Under the pieces are notes generated by a model, which did no database searches, was not told the origin of the DNA, and saw nothing but the letters and a program-made list of their open reading frames with translations. From Fimbriosthenelais zetlandica (lineage: Eukaryota), in the NCBI GenBank assembly GCA_977030845.1, contig OZ365113.1:28954001-29018000 (forward strand): a stretch of 64,000 bases of DNA. Direction: 5' to 3'. Positions within the stretch are counted from its first letter, which is position 1, and every line of letters begins with the position of its first letter. Below, in pieces: positions 57,981-64,000 of the stretch. Both the position numbers and the translations under genes were made by a program.

Positions 57981-60900
57981 TTAGAGATTCAGGCATGGAC
58001 TGTAAGGTGGTTGGAGGTTCATGATAGATATATTAGTTAGAGAAGCTTGTCCGAGGCTGGCCTCCAGGTCGAACCGAGCCAAGGACCCACACCTCGGGTC
58101 GCCGAGGCAATTTGTCGCCACCGTAGACGTACTACTAATTACCTTATTCCCTCATTACTCACGTCTCCTGGACCTCTCTCTACCTCCTACATTATTCTCT
58201 ACTGTCTCCGGAATCTGTTAGCGGGTAATTTACACCAGGTCCTCTCCCAGACCGTCTTGTCACACCCTCCGCTATGTCTACTTGAAGATGAAGGGTAGTG
58301 TGTTCAACTTATGTGTGGAAGCTCTCACATTCAATTCCATTCTACAAAATTCTACAAAATTACATACTCCTTAGCTAAAATTTGCTCACTGGCCGTTCAC
58401 CAAAATCTTCACCCCTGCGCCATAAGGCATTTTCATAAGTATTTGCTCCAGTTTGGAATTAGTATTTTAAAATATTGCACGTCTACAGAGTGAAAATTGA
58501 TAGCGTAATGAAATGCCTGCAATAAAATAGCTTCAAGTGTTGACCTACATATTATGATCGTCATCTATAATATGATCCACTGCCATCTACTTTTTCCTTC
58601 ATATCCTACGTTTTCTGCGTATATGTGCATACTTTTTCAACTCTGAAGCCTGCATAGCTTTTTATTTCACAAGAATTATGGGAAGTGCACAGAAGTGCGA
58701 TAATATTAGTATCGCGCAGTACCCGGGAAAAATAAACCTTCTGGTCGGCTACTTGCTTAAAGAAATGATGAAAGAAGGATTAAATAAAAAATCGAACTCC
58801 CCACTCCCACCGTTTCTTCCGTGCTACTCCTCCTTCTCTCTCTCGCTCTCTCTCTCTCTCTCTATCATTTCCCTTCTATCTCTCGGTTTATCTCTTCTCC
58901 ATGTATCTGTTGCCCTCTCTCTTCTCTCTGTTTCTGTCGCCCTTTCTCTCTTACTCTCTCAAATTCCACTTTCTCCCCCATCTCTCTGTCAGTTTCCCCA
59001 CTCTATCTCACCCCTCTATTTCATACATCCATGCTTGCCACTCGGCTAGACTCCACCAGATTATGCGTCACACACCGGTACTATTTTATTCATCTTTTAC
59101 ACAGTTTAAAGCCCGCAACGAGCAAAAAAAACCCTTCATTTTCCCATGCTTTGTACATCTGTGCCTTCCTTCGTTTCCCATTACCAAAGCAACTGCTCTG
59201 TTCTCATGGCTACAAAAGATGCAGTTGGAAATAAGTTTCAGAGTTGAAACAATCCGTAACTGCAATGCAGCGATTGAAGCTCGTTGGATTTCTACAAAAG
59301 CAACAGCTTAAAATGCATGCCCGATGTCTTTTTTTCCATTTCAACCTTTTCCATTTAAACAATGCCCTGTTCAGTTGGCCAACCTTTTCCATTTAAACCA
59401 TTGATAGAACAGAGAACAAAATACCCAGTTCAGTTGTTGCACTAACCTTTATTGTGGTTCCCTTAATTGGGACTAGTCTCTCCTTCCATCCAAGCCCCTC
59501 TACTGATTGTGTAGGGGGAGGTGAAATGGAGTGTGTTCTTGCTTAATGAACCTTCCATTATGTTGAGCCTGCTTGACGGCTCCCATCCACTCCTCTTAAA
59601 TTCTGATCTCACACTCTTGGATTACGTCTCTATGTATAGGTTTCCCTATTCCCTGGCTTTGTAGTAACAGGTTTTTGGATTTTGTAAGTTATCTATCTGG
59701 GTGATTTAGATCTTGATGACTTAAATACTGAAAGTTCTAGTCCCTATATTTAGTGAAGTCGATAGTGAAGCCATAGGGATCCTCCAGTATGACATGTGCA
59801 AATGCCTGGCCAGTGCATTCTTGCGAATGTTCTGAGAATGATCGCAAGCAATATCGTCATATTGGAGGAGGCCAAGGTTGCGAGTCATGGTGGATCAGAG
59901 GCAAATTTCACTACAAAAATCATACGATTTTTATAATGGATATGACTGCTTGCAACATGCGATTGATATTCGCAAGCTCTCGGTCAAAATTAAGCACCGT
60001 CATGAGATAACCGAAAAATTGTTGAAAGCGACGTGAAACCCCCATGCAACTACAAAAATTCCTGTAACATTGAATAATACTTAATTTTTCATTTGTCCTC
60101 CAAATGTCTAAAAATAAATGACAAATGTCCTATCCAAAAGTACAAACAAACCTCATTCCCCAACACCTATAGAACTATAGGCAATAACATGTGAAGGAAA
60201 TGCACCATGCCAGTCAGCCACTGGATGGTTTGACAGTGAGTAGAGGGGTGGGAGGTGATGTGTCAGGGGTTAGAGTAGTCATTGATTTCCCCCCAACTTA
60301 ACCCAGGAGGGAGTAGGCAAGAGGAGGTACAGGAGCAAGGCTCCACTGGTCAGTCACTTGATTGCTCTGTCCACTAAAGACTGAATGACCACTCTGGTAC
60401 TCGGTCTTTCGTTACTAGGTTTGGCCAATTTTAAGGGCATTCAACACTAGACTGAAAAATCATGTCTTTAGATTCTGAACACGAATACAAGCGCAGCGGT
60501 TTTTGAAAACATTGACGCGTTAACATTATGTTAATTATCATGTTAATTAAGGTATTTTCTGTTAAATCTCTGTGAACTGCATAAATATCAAGGTGTTTTT
60601 TCATCAGATTAAACGTTGTGTTTAGGACCTAAACACACGTTGTTTTTCTGTAGAGCCTTGTGTTTAGGTGGACCATTCTGATGAAAGGGGCACAGGAATT
60701 AACCATCCTCCCCACAGCAGGGCATGTTTCCTCCGTTTCCTCCTGGACCTGCAAGAGGAGGGTGGAATTAACTTGATTGTGGTAACTCCTGTACTCCATA
60801 TATTCCCCAAATGTACCATTGCACATCCATCTTTCTCCACCCGCGCTGCTAACTGCCCCAGGATACCGATGGCCAGCCAGGTCTCCCTCTCTATAATATG

Positions 60901-63900
60901 GTGCGAGGCATGTCTGAAATTAAATGTGTATAATTCATTTTCAAAAACTTCACTCAAAAGCTTATGTGGTAGTTTAATTAAGGCATACTATTAAATGCTG
61001 TCATTGGGTATGACAGTGAAGTGACACCTAATCACAGCTGTCATTTTATTTAGAAAATGGTTCGTTCTTGTTCATTTATAGCCGTGACACTTCTTGCATA
61101 ATTTAAACACGAACTGTAACGTCTGCACTAAGCAGAAATTTGAAGCTATGACTGGAACGAAAATAAATATAATCTCACTAATTTTTGCTTACTGCAAACT
61201 CAGATTGGTTGGTCTATTGCCCAACCGACAGATGGATTGATATCAGTGAGTATCGGCCAGTTCGGTGTCACAAGCGAAGCCTCCCCAACAGTGAGGAATT
61301 TAATGTTTAGTGAAAATAGGGTGTTAAGCTTCAGATAGACTGATTTAATTAATTAAATCCCAACAGTCAGGATAGTGTGAAAACGCCTTAATATGAACTG
61401 TGCTGTGGAGGGAGGAGTGAGTGATGGTTGTGTTGGAGATGGAGCTTGCTTGCTGGCTGGCTTGTCAAGCTCCAGCCGAGGGCCTTTTATCCTGACCCCT
61501 TTCCTTCAGGAGGCTGTAGTGGTCTGATCTATGGGTGATTGATGTGTTGACAGGAGAGCTTGGTTTGCTACTTTCCACTGATGTGACTTACAGTCAAAAC
61601 TCATTCCCTGACTCTATAAAACAATCCCGTAAGTCCATCAGCTGCACCCTTACAATTACCCAACAAAATCTCTCTTGATAATTATTAGCAAAAAAGTATT
61701 TCTCGTTTCTTATCTATAAGATGAAGGAAGAAGTTTATTTTTCTTCGAATATTTTTTTTCTGGGTTTACTTGGGTTATTGAAACTTTTTCTTATAGACGA
61801 GACTCATTCTGCAAATCCATACAACAATTAAAAAAATCCACGAAAAAGTGTCATTTTCAGTAAAAGAAATCTTTCTTGAGAATGTCTAAATAAAATTGAC
61901 CTTTATTGCTAAATATATCCGAATAGAATCCTTCCATTATCACATAGAATTTACCTGAATTAAATCTAGAACAATTGAAAATCGATGGCAAATGCGAAAC
62001 TATAGAATTGTGAACCCAAGTGAAATTACAAAAAAGGGGCCAAGAAAATTCATTTAATTAACTTCACCTAAAACCTTATCAACTGATTTCTCCTGTGATC
62101 GTTCTCCTTAATCCCACAACTAAATTTAGGCCCATTAAAATGGCATTAGTCATTTTGCCAATTAACTTTTATAAGTGGGGGCTTTGGTATGGGATAGCAA
62201 AGGAAGGAAGCTTAGGAATCCCATTAAAACAGTAGTGAAAAAGAATGATGGCCAGGTCTATTGTTTGCCTTCCTTCAGACAAATTCAGTTATCCCTGAGA
62301 TGAATAGGCCCACATTTTGATGCTCTCAGGGACGATATGGCTGAATCGCAGTCATTCCTATTGGAAAAGATGAAAAATTTAATCATTTCAAGCCAGCGGA
62401 CCCATCAATGCTTAAACTGCGGCTAAAATCACTATTGATTCTTATGGCCTCTTTTTCCCCTTCAAGGACATAAATTTAAATCTCTTTTCCGCTGACAAGA
62501 ATTCTTCCCGCCAACAAGAATGGAACGGCCCAGAAATAGAGTTTACAAAAAACGGCTCTGGTGAACGTTTGAAGGCCGTTTCCTCCCAAGCGGTTCCTTC
62601 TTTTTCTCGCTTGATGATAAGCATGTGTGATCCCTTCCACTTGCAGATTACTATGATTCTACTTTTTCCATTCATTCTAGCACGTGATGATCAATAAGTC
62701 TTCTGATTGGTTTATTCTAGGCCTTGTTATTGGTCTTTAATATAGACCAATAATGAAAGAGGAAAGTCGAAGAAATAGGCATGCATTTGACTAAATATGT
62801 TCACCAAATCCTAATCAATGCTTTGGCGTAATTGGTCAAAATGCTCCAGAATCTTTTTCATTCTCAGAAGCCCCACATCTCGAGTGACGATTCCAACGCA
62901 TTCTGTTAACACAAATTGTATGGTACTGTAACAGAACTCTAATGTAAGCTTGATCATTGCAATGGAACATTAAGATTTGCTATCCCAGGTCAAAAGAACA
63001 AATTTAAAAGAATTTTATTTTAATTTGTTCCCGAAATATAATACTCCCTTGTTAACACTTTCTTCTCGAAATTCATCCCCTTTTGATCCCACCTGGGCAA
63101 TATCTGTTTCAAGACAAGGAAATTCCCTCTCGGGCATTCCTCTTATTTCTATCTATGAATAAATAATGAAAATGTCCGTGGTCAATCTTATCCTTTCCAC
63201 CCCCATCACACATCCCTATTTCCAATTGTGACTCCCTACATAAACAAGTTTTCCCACCATATCCCAAGGAAATAGTTCCTTCTAATAATATCTCCTCTAC
63301 TTTCCTCCGCTGCCCAACCCACGATGCCCATATGCCTTGCCTCGATCCTCTGCAACATCTATAACTTCTGCTATACGCGCATGTTGAATGGACCAACAGC
63401 GAAATACGCCCGGCAAGAAAATCTCTTATCGAATTTCACCTCACCAATCACTCTAACTATATTGCCGGCTTGGTCCTATTGCAGCTGAGTTCGATATTAG
63501 CTCAGGCTAGCTGCTGCAGTGTCATTATGGGCAGAGATAGAGGCAATGGCATAGGGCGTTTATACATTGTGGAAAGCCATATGCATGCTTACAAGCAAAG
63601 GAAATAAATTTGAGAAGCCATATGATCCATACTTATGATATATTCGTAGCAAGTGATTATCTGCACTAGTACAACCCATCACCTTGAGCAATTGTGATAA
63701 CAAGTTGTGATATAACAGTCTTTTCTATGACCTGGAAATTGGATCTGATATTAGATCTAAATATATCAAAGTATCATAACCGGTGGAGAAGGGTTAGAGG
63801 GATTTAACCATGTATCGGAAGCCATATTCATGCTAATACCAGAATGACTGGAAGGTAGGATTTGTCACCTGTCATGGGAAGCCATATGCATTTTATATGA

Positions 63901-64000
63901 TGCATGAATTCCACCGTCATGATTACCGGAGATAGCATAACAGCAAATTGCTCCAGCATAAAAATATCATTAATTTTTGATTTTCTCTTTTTATGAAAAG

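Overview
This is AT-rich, repeat-laden genomic DNA from an invertebrate animal; the taxon cannot be determined from the sequence. Left third: 13 coding exons of VAC14 (PIKfyve/Fab1 complex scaffold) on the minus strand, 17746->606. All splice phases are consistent, giving 1734 nt = 578 codons, and the gene continues beyond the left edge. VAC14 has a textbook U12-type intron (3506-3855) and an intron made mostly of tandem copies of its own 3' splice junction (766-1042). Its 8.5-kb intron 6 holds a young 5'-truncated LINE RT ORF, a decayed minimal hammerhead-ribozyme motif, and an unexplained cluster of tightly packed co-oriented ORFs (5810-7430). That cluster includes two related single-TM microproteins and an orphan ~190-215 aa ORF. 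Head-to-head with VAC14 is the first coding exon of a probable MARVEL/CMTM-like gene (+, 18370-18696); I could not find its later exons in the remaining 45 kb. That 45 kb looks non-coding: decayed LINEs, SINEs, MITEs, microsatellites, a tRNA A-box-derived minisatellite, a candidate recursive splice site, several enhancer-like islands and a 144-nt assembly gap. All family assignments come from motif recognition by eye; no database search was run.
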